Source: Balanoglossus misakiensis (taxonomy: Eukaryota; Animalia; Hemichordata). From it: DNA of 64,000 nt. This document shows positions 51,301-64,000 of this stretch, piece after piece (the first letter of the stretch is position 1; each line of letters begins with the position of its first letter). The DNA is taken from the NCBI GenBank assembly GCA_040954595.2, contig CM082592.2, positions 11,292,017-11,356,016 of the forward strand, in the 5' to 3' direction. The translations under genes and the position numbers were made by a program. The notes beneath the pieces are model-generated. The model was not told the origin of the DNA, ran no database searches, and saw only the letters and a program-made list of their open reading frames with translations.

Positions 51301-54300
51301 ACCAACTCCAGAAGCTCCAGTTTTTCTGCCGATTGCTCCACCAGAGGGACAAGAGGCTTTCCTACACATGCTACAAAAAGCCAATATTGACCCTTACGCC
51401 AATGCTGCACATTCTGAAGAGGATCATCCCCAGTTCAAGGACCAATGTAAGTCATTATTGATCTGTATGGACACAGTCGTTATTGCCCTATATTGACCCA
51501 TGTTTAAAGTCAACAGAAACCAATATTGACCCCTATAATATACTGTGAGAATGCTTCTTCAGAAGTTTGTGTGTCTGTCAAATAACAACTCTGCTTTTTG
51601 CTCTTTTTCTTGATTGACAGTAATTGCTGGTAAAGCTAAAAGTGTGGCAGAATTGGAAGCAGAATTGAAAGAGCTTGTCATCGGAAACAACAATAAAAAT
51701 AGGAAGCCCGTCCAACCAGTGGTTGTCACACACATTCAACATCCAACACCACCTCCTACACTCCAAAAGACCGACAGACAACCAGAACATAGGGATACGG
51801 CACCTCATATGTCAGCATTTGATAAACTTGTTTTCACTATGAAAGCGACTGGAAATTTACCTACAGTATCCAAAACAGTTGTAAGTATAGTGCTCTGGTC
51901 CTCAAATTTTAATATGGTCTGGTCTATACAAGTTTCCTGCATTCTCTATCGAATCTCACCTGCAAGATTGATATACTTAGTTTAGTCAACAAGTGTCTTT
52001 TGTTGCTCATGTATCTGTTATTTTTTACGTGTGTTCAGCTGAAATCTGATGGACGTCCACTGTCTCCGCTGGAGTTGTCTGCTCAAAACAAGAAGCTGGC
52101 AGCAAAGCGCAACGGACCAGAACCAGCGGTACTTGTTAGACCGCCATCAGGACCAACACCACCAACGCAAGACACTGGAGTGACTCTTCAGAGGCCTGAA
52201 CCCAAAATGCCCCTCCAGAAACTCTCCCCTCCTCCACTTCAAATACCCATGCCCCAGATGGGTAGACTCACGCCAACGTACGCAGCGCAAAAAGAACTCT
52301 TGCAAGAGCTTGTGAGGAATAACCAGTTAACAGCTGGAAGACCGCTGTCGCCACATTTCTTGGCTGTTAATCAGTTGAAACCTACACCACAGCAGCAGCA
52401 ACAGATGTTGAAGAATATGGCTCAGAGGTAAGGCAGCTGTCCTGTTTGGTGGTTGGAAGGTCAAACATTGCAATTCTTATATCTTAATTTCTTAGATGAA
52501 GACTAAAATGATAGATTTAGCTTTGTGCATTACAGTCCATTTGTGTCCATTCTGGAGATCGACTGAAACCCACTTATTTCACTACCCACACAGATCCATA
52601 TCACCCAGCCAGGAACTGCTAGGGGCATTACTGAAGCAGCAACAACAAGCAGCTGGAGTTCAGAGGCCTCAGTCACCCCAGGAATTCCTTCAACAGGTGT
52701 TGATGCAGCCTCAGTCAACTCCAAGGGGACCATCGCCTTCACCACTCAGTGAGTATTCAGAGAGTTTATAGTTAGTGAATGCAGTCTTTGATAATTGTTC
52801 ATGTACGTCTCAAATGAGGGATCACCAGTGATGCACACTGAATCACCAGCACTGATCATTGCAGAATGTCCAACATCCAATTCTTGAAATTTTCTTTATC
52901 AAATAAGTGAATAACAAATGTCTTTAAATCCCCCCTCTCCCCTCAATGCAGGTATCCCAGTGTCCGGAGGAAGAGCCACCTCCCCACTTCCCATTGGCCC
53001 TATTCCAGTTCCTCCCCTATCCCCACTGGCACCTCAACCTCCTCCAAACACTCCTCAAAGCGGAGGTTCTGTGATTCCAAGAGTACCCTCCCCACAAGAG
53101 TTGGTGGCTCACACGCAGAGTATATATCAGCAGGCGTTGATCAAGAAACAACTGGAAGTGCAGAAAGAGAAATACCTTGCCAGAGAAGCAGCAAGGTAGG
53201 TTGAAAAAAAAAATCAGCAGAGAGGACGCTGTCCTCAATGATGTCACAGTTTCAACTATGAATATGCAAATCTAATGTGATATTTTGATTTTGAAAACAC
53301 CCAAGGTAAATTGAGACGGAGGATAAACAGTGCCTGGCAGCTGACACTTTTTACAAGTATAAAGCAAAGAAAGAGAAGAACAGAAACTTGGCAGTAACTA
53401 TGATGTAAAAAACTATGATATATAAAAAAATTCATTGTTTTTTATTACAGAGCCAAGTCTCCTCTCCCAGCAAACTTTAATCTAAACCAAGGCCAAATGA
53501 GAGACATGCAATTCAATGAAAATCTGCTTGCAACTCCCCCATCAAAGGTAAGTGTAACAGCCATTATTCTTACCTTGAATATGTAATGTTAAATGACCTA
53601 ACCATACCATAGAAAACTATGGGTTTGGACTGAACCATTGTGGTGAAAGAGTTCATTTCCACTCTTGCCCACATGTCGTGTTCTTTTTCCATTCAGAGTG
53701 CACCAAGCATTGTACCTGCGGCATTTACACCAACTTCCGTCATCCGCAAGATGCATGAAACCAAAGCAGAACAGCAGCAACAACTGCAGCAACAGCAAAA
53801 TACTCACGACAGAGAGATCCTCCAACAGCAGCAGCAACAGCAGGGAGCGTTTAACACTGCCACTTTAAGTCCACAACAATTGTTCCCTCCGCAACAGCAG
53901 CAAATGGGGAAACCCTTAGACACGCCAATGAGTAAGTTACCAGATATCTTCAGAGATGTTCTCAAAATAATACATACAGGTGTTCAGATACAGTCAATTC
54001 AATAATCTTTATTCATCCCCAAAACTGGGCAATTATCTAACTGAATACAATCTTGTATCCACAGACAGGGTAATGATGTCACCACAGAGACTGCCCATTA
54101 AGAGTGACGCCCCCGTGGTGAACCCCGCATCTCCTAAACACCAGATGTACCAGAGTAGCCCCATCCCTGTGCCAATGCATCAGCCACCTCCACACTCACC
54201 AGCCAGGATGCCTCACAGCCCTGTGCGCCAGCCCCGCAAGGACAGTGCCAACATGAGTGGTGGCGATATTGACTACAACAAAATAAGAGAAGTCCAGCTG

Positions 54301-55297
54301 CAGCAGCAACAGAAAGCAGCAGCGGTCGAGACACAGGCTAGCCCGGGGGTGCTACCCTCTGGACCTGTACCAATGCAAACCCGTCCAATGGGTCAGCCTT
54401 CCCTGCCAGTGCCGTTGCTGCAGCGTATGCCCTCGCAGCCTGGACAGGGACCCCCTGGTCCTCCGCCAAGCAGTCCAGGGATCCACCCGGCATTGCTTCG
54501 TGGAATGTATCCCAATCTGAATCCAAATGTTAGAAACATGTCACCCATGCAACTGCCACAGGTAGGTGTCTAACACAGCAAACATTGATGTTTCTTCCCT
54601 TTGACAAATTGCTTGGGAATGCCAACATGTCACCAGGGGGTGACACTGGGCCTTGGCCAATAAAAACTTGCTTGTACATGTATCAGTGGTATTGATAGAA
54701 ACATTGTTATTGATCACAGCAGGGGTCTGGACCACGTGGTCTGCAGCAAGTAGGTAACGTACCAATGATGCTGAACTCTCGAGCTCCATTCCCTGTGACT
54801 TCCGCCGGACAGATTCCTGCGAACGCTGCTGCTGCAGCTGCTGCTGCTATGGCTGCTATGCAAGCAGGAATGCAAAGGAACCTGTCGCAGCAGCAGACAC
54901 AGAATGTGCCTAGACCAGGTGAGAAATTCCATCCCTGCTCTCTCTTGCATTTGACCTCAAACTTCTTCCTTTAAGTAGAAGTTTGGAAGTGCCAAAGTGT
55001 ATTACAAAGAATGCTTTAAACATTGAGATACTGGCACCCCCTTCCCTCCCTATCTAACAATCCACCTTTTGCCATTTGCCCGCAGAGTTGCCAAACACAC
55101 CGCCATTGGCCGGCACATCTGGGAACTACAATCAAACCTTCAACACGACTTCGTTAACTCAGCGATCACAGTCTCCGGTCAATCTGGCCAAATGGTTTGG
55201 CACGGACGTCCTGCAGCAACCACTGCCTCAGATGCCTCCAATGATGCGGCCAGGTCCAAACGTCCTCTCGGTTGAAGACATCGAGTGTCACCAGTGA
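48372..55297 (+). CDS. EIF4ENIF1: eIF4E transporter 4E-T, about 17 coding exons; the true start may lie further upstream
   Basis: eIF4E-binding motif YSK|DELL split by intron 48480-49233, WDPERWH, IVLSPQRRSFGHGC, the Cup-homology motif EPEWFSAGPSSQSETIELHGF, RVPSPQEL, FTPTSVIRKM, and C-terminal SPVNLAKWFGTDVLQQPLP...VLSVEDIE. Confidence 0.92.
53596..53655. mobile_element. Degenerate MITE copy in an EIF4ENIF1 intron
   Basis: ...atgggtttggactgaaccattgtggtgaaagagttca is the reverse complement of the left half of the 14475 copy. Confidence 0.6.
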
Positions 55298-56440
55298 GGT
55301 CTCCCCTTGTCAGAGAGCGAGAATAAACTTGGGGTACTAGCAATATTGACTGATGAATCACATACTGAATAAATTTGTGCTTGGAACAGCTCAGTAAAAT
55401 AGCCATCATGAATAGTGCTCAGACAAAGCTCATGTCAAAATTCAGTTTTGCATAATTATTACATTATAAAAAGCCAATGTGGCCCTTAAAACATTTTTTT
55501 AAACAAATGTTTTTGTTATCAATTGAAATAATGTTTTTTGAATAAGACAAAATTAGTCTTGTGCCGGTGTCTGAGTTTTGTCATTGTTGAATTTTTCACG
55601 GTGCTCTTTGATGTTTTCTTGATGTCCGTAAACACAGCAATAAATGTTGCTTTAATATCTAGAAGTCATGTGGGAGACTGAGAATGTATTCTAATGAATT
55701 TAAAAAATAAGATGGTTTATATTACATTTACAGCCCACATTTTTCCTATTCAAGGTGTCGATATGCACTGATCGTAAAAGTGAAAACTTGTGATTTTTGT
55801 CTGGTCTCGGTGATGGACAAGAGTATTCATATATTGTTATTTTTGAAATTCACACTTTATATTTTTTTTGCTTGTAAATATGTTTTCCACGTCACAAGAA
55901 ATGTTTGAAAAATTTATCTAGGTATTGAAAACAGTCTATGTTGTTGTAAGGAATCAACTTGTAAAAAAGGATATGAAAGTATTACATTTTTTTCAGTTTT
56001 GTTTTTGTAGTTGTGTCATGTGGCTTTTTGATAGCAGATTAACTAGTAAAAAAAATATTGAAAAAAAATGAAAATTTGTGAATATGAAGTTCAGTTCTAT
56101 ATTGAGAATTTTTCCTAGTACATTGTACGACTCTTTTTTGTGAATTAATTGTACAATTCGTTCCTTCTGCAGCAGAACTTGTCTCTAAATGGCTTGTGAA
56201 TTGTCAGGGAAAGAAAATAATTTTTTTCTACCTGTATCAAAGGATGTGATTCACATTACATTGATGTCCAATATGAATTTGTTTCTCTCAGTTGTTGCCG
56301 TGGTCTTGAAACTGAAAATTGAGCACTTATTCAATTATTCTCTTCTACTTGTTATTGTTAATTGAACCAGTGCAAGCGAGAGTGTCTGTGTCCTTGTCAC
56401 TGTCTAGTTACACCCTTGTTTTAACAGTGAACAAATAATC

Positions 56441-56530
56441 AATCCTTTCACCCCTATTTTCTAGTGTGTGGATCCAACATCACCACTGACACCAGTGGGA
56501 GTAAACCAAGGTGTGGTAGTGGAGGGGTTT
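56441..56530. mobile_element. Degenerate MITE copy
   Basis: aatcctttcacccctatttt...ggatccaacatcacc...ggtagtggaggggttt has the same length and architecture as other copies, with decayed TIRs. Confidence 0.45.
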
Positions 56531-56655
56531 ATTTATTTCCTGTCAACGAACTACTGTTTTTTTTCTTTTTTCTCATCAATGAGATTTCTTATGTCACCTT
56601 GAATGGCAAGTGGAATCGACTCAGAGATCTTGTCAGTTTTGTGATGCTGTGCTGG

Positions 56656-56749
56656 TTAACCCTTTCACCGCCATGGTTTGGTCCAACTCCATTGTTCTCA
56701 ATGGCGATGTGGGACCTTTATACAGGGAAATGTGGGGTGAAAGGGTTAA
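56656..56749. mobile_element. Intact 86-bp piggyBac-type MITE with TTAA target-site duplication
   Basis: TTAA(56656-59) CCCTTTCACC ... GGTGAAAGGG TTAA(56746-49). TTAA flanks and CCC/GGG termini are piggyBac hallmarks. Confidence 0.8.
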
Positions 56750-59230
56750 GGAATAGTCATTATTGCAAAAGTTCATGAATTTACAATCCCTTCATTATCA
56801 TTTCTGAATTTATTCATTGCTGATAGAGCTCACCTGTACTGTATATTGCATGCCCATAAACCATAAGAGACAGACATTGCACCAATATGCATCAGTATCT
56901 TCTTTTGCAAATTAAGCTCAATTTTGGAACTTTTACCTACTTTAAGATGCAGCTGATGTGTACCAAAGTGAAAGTTTAGGGTGCAAATTTAGCTTGCAAG
57001 TTGTATAGCTCAATTTTCCTTTTTTCGCTTCAAAAGCATTATTATTATTTTTTGTTGATCTAGTGCCAAAACTCATGGCATGTTTAATCATGAAGGAAAA
57101 ATTAAAATTTAGTAATTAGGTTCTTGCAGCTTTAGTGAACGATAGGCATTAATCTTCTGCAGTAGCATAACAATTTATTTTATGATTGAATATCATGTTG
57201 GAACCTGGCTGCCATTTGTTTTGTCTACTTGGTATACCATGTTCCATTAGAAAGTTGACTGGCTGATCAGAGGTGATTTCTGCTGTGAATCTTGTACTGC
57301 CCATCCCCCCCCCCTTCCTATGTTGTGAACCAAACCCAAATACTTACAACACACATGGATCACACCAAAATCGGAACAAACTGGGGATGTGCAGGGTTGT
57401 ACTATAAGCTAGTGCATCTTTGTAATATTTTCATTTCATAAAGTATTCCTGTTTATGATTAGTTTAAAAAATCAGCTATACTGTTGATATTTTCGTTTCT
57501 AAACATTGAGTGCTGTCTTTATTTTTTTGAAAAGATTTCTTTATTCGTTGTTTTTGAAAACATTATTTTTTTGTTTAAATGTTTGTGTTCTAAATGTTAA
57601 AGTCACTATAAGCAAAAAGCCAGTGACAGTCTAGACTTGTTGAAATTGTCCTGTCCTTGTCTGTTGATTAAATTTTGCATATCATATTTGTGTACTTGGC
57701 AACGAGATGATTGTGTGTATGAATGAGTGAGCGAGCAAGCGAAAAAATTAAGTGAAAACACACGGTCTTTTCAGGTTCATTTTTCCGGCAATAACATTTC
57801 TGCCTGATATGTTATTATTTCTAGTTCTAGAAAGGTACATATAAAACAGTGCAAGCTGTTTGCTGTAATTTTGAAACAAGTTGGATTAGATTAATTTTCA
57901 ACAATAATTGTCTGTACCATACATGGCACATAACCCAACGTAATATTCAATACTGTTTTGGATTTTCAGTTTTCCAGGAAAAAGAGCTCAAGTACCCTTA
58001 CAAAGTCTGTAAATGGTATAGCCCAAGCAGAATCTTCCTCACATTTGCTCTGTGAATAGTTTATTCTACAAAAGAAAGTGTTGGTTACATCACAACAATC
58101 TCTGTCCATTTTGAAATCCTCCTCCAAATAAATAGGTCTCACGGATTGTGCACCAATTACATGTACTTGTAATAAAAAATGACCAACATAAAGTATGACA
58201 AATTTTAGTTTTGTTCAACTTTTGTTCATCTCTGTGTTAATGCCCCTCATGAGAAATAAAGTGTGAATGTAATGTATTTCCATGTGAAATGTATTTTGAT
58301 GTAAGTTTCAGATTCATTTGTTATAAATGTACTTGATGTTTGTGCACTGCTTCAAGATTTGCTTGACTGCGCATCCATTGTAGCATGGTTCAGCATTCGT
58401 GCTTTCAAAGGTTCTGCAGACTGTTGGACTGACAAACTTTTGGTCCGTTCATACAATAGGCCAGGGCTGTAATGGGTTCCGAATTGCCAAACAGTGTGTG
58501 TTGATGCATGTCAACATATAGAAACTGATACCAGACATTTTGTGTCACAATTTCAGTAGATTTACTTTTATTCTGAACACACAAGCTATTTTGCAAACAT
58601 TTTGTTTTTCAAAATGTTCCAGACGACTTTTGAGAGCAACAATGCAGAATTATTGTGTAAATTTTGAAGCTGTGCTTGGTAAATATTTCTCATAAAAATT
58701 TCATCAGTTATTGTCCCAAGATGCACACTTAATCACTTTGTTTAAAAAGATATCTGTTTACTACACCCATGTTGTTGTTGTTGTTGTTAACATATCTCCT
58801 GAGATTTATTAAAAGACCACAGCATCAAGTACTTTGTGATGAAAATATTCCAAGTGAAACTGTCATATCTTTTCTTTACCCTGTAGCTACTAGCATTTCC
58901 CAATAAACTTACATCATGAAAAATCATCTGTTCTGTCTCATTTCTGGTCACTATGTACTAAAAGTTTGTTTAGTTGAAGCATGATCACGTTCACTGTGGT
59001 ATAATAATCTGTGATATGTAGATCAAGTTCCATTTCTGCGTTTAAATTTGGATTATTCGATTGGTTCTTGCTTTTATGGGTAAAGACATAGGATTCTGCC
59101 ATCGACCGCTGATGGCGTCCTATTTGCAGAATAGAAAACACGAACAAACACACGCCAATAAGCGTGCGCGGTGGCGCGTGTGTCGTACTTTTGTATTTTT
59201 GGTGAAATTTGGTTAAGTTCAAGCTGAAAA

Positions 59231-61626
59231 ATGGGTATATTGGAAAAAATATCGGAAATAGAGGCTGAAGTAAGTATTGGAGACTCGTCAATTATCATAA
59301 TATGTTTGTTCTTCAGTGGTATATTCTTAAAGTCATGAAGATGATGCCACTGTTGATATTCAGCATGCAAGCTTGAACGTCTTTTAGATATGTGTCATGG
59401 ATCATAGACGTGGCAGAATAGCCTGGGTACAATACTGAGTCCTGTTTTGTTTCAGATGGCCCGGACACAGAGAAACAAAGCCACCATGGGTCACTTGGGT
59501 CTCTTAAAAGCCAGACTTGCTAAGTTGAGACGAGAACTGATCACACCAAAAGGAGGTGGAGGTGCAACTGGAGAAGGTGCGTTTCCATTGGTTGGTCAAG
59601 TTGAACATGTGACAATCACATGACCACTACCGCTTTGTGATTTGGTCAAATTCTCATTTACACATAGCACTGAGAAAAGAGTCTTTAGATATCAGTTCTG
59701 TGCACAGATGATATTAATGATGTAATCCCCATTCCAGGTTTTGATGTTGCAAAGACTGGCGATGCAAGAATAGGATTTGTAGGTGAGTGTTCTTTCAAAT
59801 CAATAAAGTCAGTAAAATCAAATTAATCAAACAAAGTCATCTGGAAATTAGACAAAATCAAGAAATATACGAACCACTTTCTTTGTTCATACCCACAGGT
59901 TTTCCATCAGTTGGCAAATCGACCCTGCTTAGCAATCTTGCTGGTGTCTACTCAGAAGTGGCAGCCTATGAATTTACAACATTGACCACAGTGCCTGGTG
60001 TCATTCGGTACAAAGGAGCAAAAATTCAAGTGAGTCTCATTCTTGATTTATGTTTCTGGATGTTTGAATCATTTTGTAAAATCTTTTATGACAATTCAGA
60101 TGTTGATGTATCAATAATTTACCAATGAAGATTTTGATTTCTTTGTTCTGATCAGTTGTTAGATCTTCCTGGTATTATTGAAGGTGCCAAGGACGGAAAA
60201 GGAAGAGGAAGACAGGTTATTGCCGGTAGGTTCAGTGGGAGAAACAGACGGAAAGATTAATAACGTTTTTGTTTGATTTGAACTGCTTTCTTCAGCGTCT
60301 GGTGTTCATGCTACATGTATATACTTGTTAATTGTCCGTCTGCGATTGACACCATTTTTTCTCTCTCCGTTCCTCAGTTGCCAGGACATGCTCTCTGATT
60401 CTTATTGTACTTGACGTCCTGAAACCCTTACAACATAAAAAGATTATTGAAAGAGAATTAGAAGGTTTTGGAATAAGGTAAGAGACCTAAACACTACATG
60501 GAATGTTAAGAGTTATTTCATGAGATGTCATCATTTATATTCAGCTGATGTTATGAACACAGGGTAATATTATTACTTTGTGCTTTGTACTCCAACAGGT
60601 TAAACAAAAAACCACCAAACATAGCATTTAGGAAAAAAGAAAAAGGAGGTATAAATCTCACAGCGACATGTGCCCAGTCACAGCTGGACTTGGATACAGT
60701 CAAGACAATCCTGTCAGAATATAAAATCCATAATGCTGATGTTACTTTGAGAGCCGACAGCACTGCAGATGATCTGATTGATGTCATTGAAGGAAACAGG
60801 GCTTTTATACCCTGTATTTATGTCCTTAATAAAATTGATCAAATATCTATTCCGGTAAGTTTTCAATTTTTGCTGCTTTATAGTTTCAATTGGCTGACTC
60901 TTGAGGGCGCTCTTCCTTTCAGAGACAAGGCAATGTTTACAGTCCATCTATCCCAAGTAATTCCTATTCTACTATCCATTAAATACTTAATCTTTGTTCT
61001 TTATCATCTGTTTATGCAGGAATTGGACGTTATTTACAAGATTCCACACACTGTTCCAATATCGGCACATCACAAATGGAACTTTGATGATCTTCTAGAG
61101 AGGATATGGGAATATCTCAATTTAGTCAGAATGTGAGTTTTATATCCATGATATCAGTAAATTAGACCTTATCATTTTCTTATGCCTGTACTCCCTCATG
61201 GTTTTCCAGAATGAAAGTCTTGTCTGAGTTCAAGTTCAGTAATAAATGTAATCCTTGTCAATATTTGTAGTTACACCAAACCCAAGGGACAACTTCCAGA
61301 CTACGAATCACCCGTGGTTTTGAAGAATGGCCAGTCAGCAGTGGAAGACTTCTGTAACAATCTTCACAAAGCCATCATGAAAGAATTCAAATACGCCTTG
61401 GTCTGGGGATCCTCTGTCAAACACAACCCGCAGAAAGTTGGCAAGGAACACCCTCTGGATGATGAGGACGTCATACAGATTGTGAAAAAGTAAGTTGGAA
61501 ACGAGTGAAAGATGGTTCTTCCCACGCTGGTCAGTGGTGATCAGGCCAAACATGCCTATCATATTCATTAACTTTAATATGTTTATACTAACCATTATTT
61601 CCATTTTATTTTATTGCAGAATCTAA
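59231..61626 (+). CDS. DRG1: Developmentally regulated GTP-binding protein 1
   Basis: [13 protein letters not shown]|[84 protein letters not shown], and a TGS domain ending IQIVKK. The stop is at 61491-93 if unspliced or 61624-26 if spliced. The body of the protein matches DRG1 rather than DRG2. Confidence 0.95.
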
Positions 61627-62560
61627 ACAGATGTGATAGAGTGTAAAGAAAGATGACATCACCAATCATGTGACTAATACAGTTTGAGAAGAAAAACAAA
61701 AGAAGCATCCTGTTCTGTATGTCACATTCATTTCACAGCAACTTGTTTGATGTTTTTTGTCTGCCTAGCAACTTTTCTTTCAGAAAATCATGCTCTCTTA
61801 ACCAGTTGAAAAAACAACTTTACATACGTAATGTCTCTCACCCAGCTGTTGGTGGTAAAACACAATTCAGAATCTCCTATTTTCATTCATGATACATATT
61901 AAAGAGCAACACTATATAACAAACTCCAGACTTCAGTTTTTTTTCTTTCTATATGATTTGCCAAAGAGGATAATATTGACTTGTCTGCTATTCAATAATG
62001 ATGGTCATTCAATGTGGTCGCTACCCATGATTCTCCATTTTAAAACAGTGGTGAGGGAAAAACTCAAGATGAAATAATTGGGAATTGTCATCTGCCCAGA
62101 TGTTTACTTTAAATTAAATTTGAAAATATAGTTGCCCTGACAACGTCGCTGACCTGTGTTGTGTTGCTACTAGCAACAGGTGGGGGCTGGTGACACTTAA
62201 TATGAATGGCTGTTGTGTGTAGTTAATTTCATACAATGAGAATCCTTTGTCTTTTCATTATTATTCAATCTAAAAACATGTTACCATGTGTTATGTTTTA
62301 ACATACCTATGATGTAGATGTCTCGTATTAATGACAATTTCCCCATAAGAAATTTTCCGAAATTTAATCAAAATATCAAACGATGATCCTGTTTTTAAAG
62401 ATGCCATTCATATGAGTGGTTTCCCAGTAACAAGGACAGACTTTCCCAGAATACATCAGAAGCCCCAAATATGTGTCCGAGTTATATTAGTCTTCGGTTT
62501 GAGTGGTGCCATTTGGGCCAATTGTCTCATTTTGGACCAGACACACTACAGCTGGCAGAC

Positions 62561-64000
62561 ATGTTGATGACATCGTGTTTCTGCCGATTCTTCCGTTCGC
62601 GTAACATGCTGCTGATTATCAGCAGTGTGTTCAAAGCAGTTTTTATCGCCGGCCTTTGGTTAGGTATCTCTCTCTCTATCTTCGGATATTTTGTGGGCGA
62701 AGGGAACAACACATCCGTACAGAACAGGTAGAGTGCCAGAGTTATTTCTTGTAATGTCATTTCAAATGTGTTTCTTTTAAACAGAAAATGCGGAGGCAAT
62801 AATGGGGCAAAAGTGGTCAAATTGAGTTTGTAATCAGTTTCGTCTATCCATAGTATACACCAGAGACCACACACTGATTTGAACTACTTATACCTGGTCA
62901 GATCAGGCGATGTCCACGCACCATGGCAGAATTTTAACCGCGTATAAGTTTGGTCTTTTCTATTAAACTTGAACAGTTTAGAAAACAATAATTTTGTCCA
63001 GATAAAAAGCGCTCACACTACTTCTCTGTACTCACAATTTTTCCCCGCAGGTCATCATCGACTAAGCTTACGCTCCATGAATTACTCAACAGCAAGCCAA
63101 TCGTCTTTCGGCCAGGATTGTCAGGAACTGGTTCATCCACAGACATTTTGAACAAATTCCCTTGGTTGGAAAAGAAAAATTGCCTTCCGAACTTCTTCAC
63201 GCGACGTCAGATAGATGGTGCGTCGCCAGATGATTACAAAAATGGCGCTATAGCTTTCGTTCACAACCAAAAATCAGGCGGAACAACAATCAAGACTTGC
63301 ATGAAATCAATATTACTTGCGGCCGGAGAGGAAGCTCCGAAGATTATTGGTAATGAAAACGCCCCAAAATACTACACACTGCTTTTGAACAAGAGCCGAG
63401 ATGTGAATCTTGCTCGGAATTACTATGTTGGGGATTCCACTTTCGGGTTGTGCGAATATACAGCAAAAAAGTGTTCGTATTTCACTATGATCCGTGATCC
63501 GTACGAGCGTGTCATATCTGCGTACAACATGTGCCATTTTCTAAATCCCCAGCAATGCAGAGTGCGCAACGCGGAAAGAGTCCCAATCAACGAGTGGGTT
63601 ATACATCAAGGCAGCTTCTTTTTCCGACAGCTACTGGTCAATAGCGAGTTCTTCACCGAGAAGTACGACCGTTTTGTTAGACTGAGACTGCGCCGCGACT
63701 TGAACGACAGCTCAACAAACCAGATACCAACGTGGTGGAGGAACGAGATCATCCTGAAAAATTTCATCACCAAATCGCAGAAAGCGTCCATCCTTCGATA
63801 TGTATTGGATAACTTAGAATCCTGGTTTGCTGTTATAGGACTAACAAGTGATTATGAGACGTCGCTAAGGATGTTTGAAAACGTGTATGGTCTTCCATTT
63901 CATACAAATTGTGCAGGAATGAAAGAAAATGCCGTATACCCCTACGAGATTAACGACAATGCAAACATGGACAGGCAAACCAGGGACCAGATAGTTGCAC
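62561..64000 (+). CDS. Golgi-type membrane sulfotransferase (Sulfotransfer_2; HS-ST/Gal3ST-like), 3' end off-window
   Basis: Exon 62561-62727 encodes a TM anchor. A phase-2 intron leads to an acceptor at 63050, then an open frame to the window end with the 5'-PSB motif FVHNQKSGGTT, the 3'-PB motif YFTMIRDPYERVISAY, and FAVIGLTSDYETSL. Confidence 0.82.

Noticed and set aside
1-64000. CRISPR arrays, tRNA/rRNA genes, autonomous transposase or reverse-transcriptase ORFs, U12 introns
   Set aside because: None recognised by eye. The introns checked were ordinary GT-AG without the RTATCCTT donor. No scanner was run.

Overview
AT-rich, intron-containing animal genomic DNA. Gene content and style suggest an invertebrate, probably a non-vertebrate deuterostome (inference). 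In order: three tandem minus-strand paralogues of a type II membrane protein with a degenerate JmjC/cupin fold (C6orf89/BRAP-like; copy 1 runs off the left edge); BRE1 (RNF20/40 orthologue, +); HECTD4 (+, about 59 exons over 25 kb); RNF185 (-); EIF4ENIF1/4E-T (+); DRG1 (+); and a Golgi-type sulfotransferase (+, runs off the right edge, main exon absent from the ORF track). The most interesting non-routine signals are an ~86-bp TTAA-flanked piggyBac-type MITE family, mosaic gene-conversion-like tracts and a lost Fe-binding triad in the tandem cupin genes, a candidate 9-nt in-frame microexon in HECTD4, a stop codon overlapping a splice donor in DRG1, and RNF185-EIF4ENIF1-DRG1 microsynteny with human 22q12. 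No prokaryotic systems, CRISPR arrays or RNA genes were seen, and I cannot claim a wholly new biological system. Exon boundaries and mismatch counts were read by eye.
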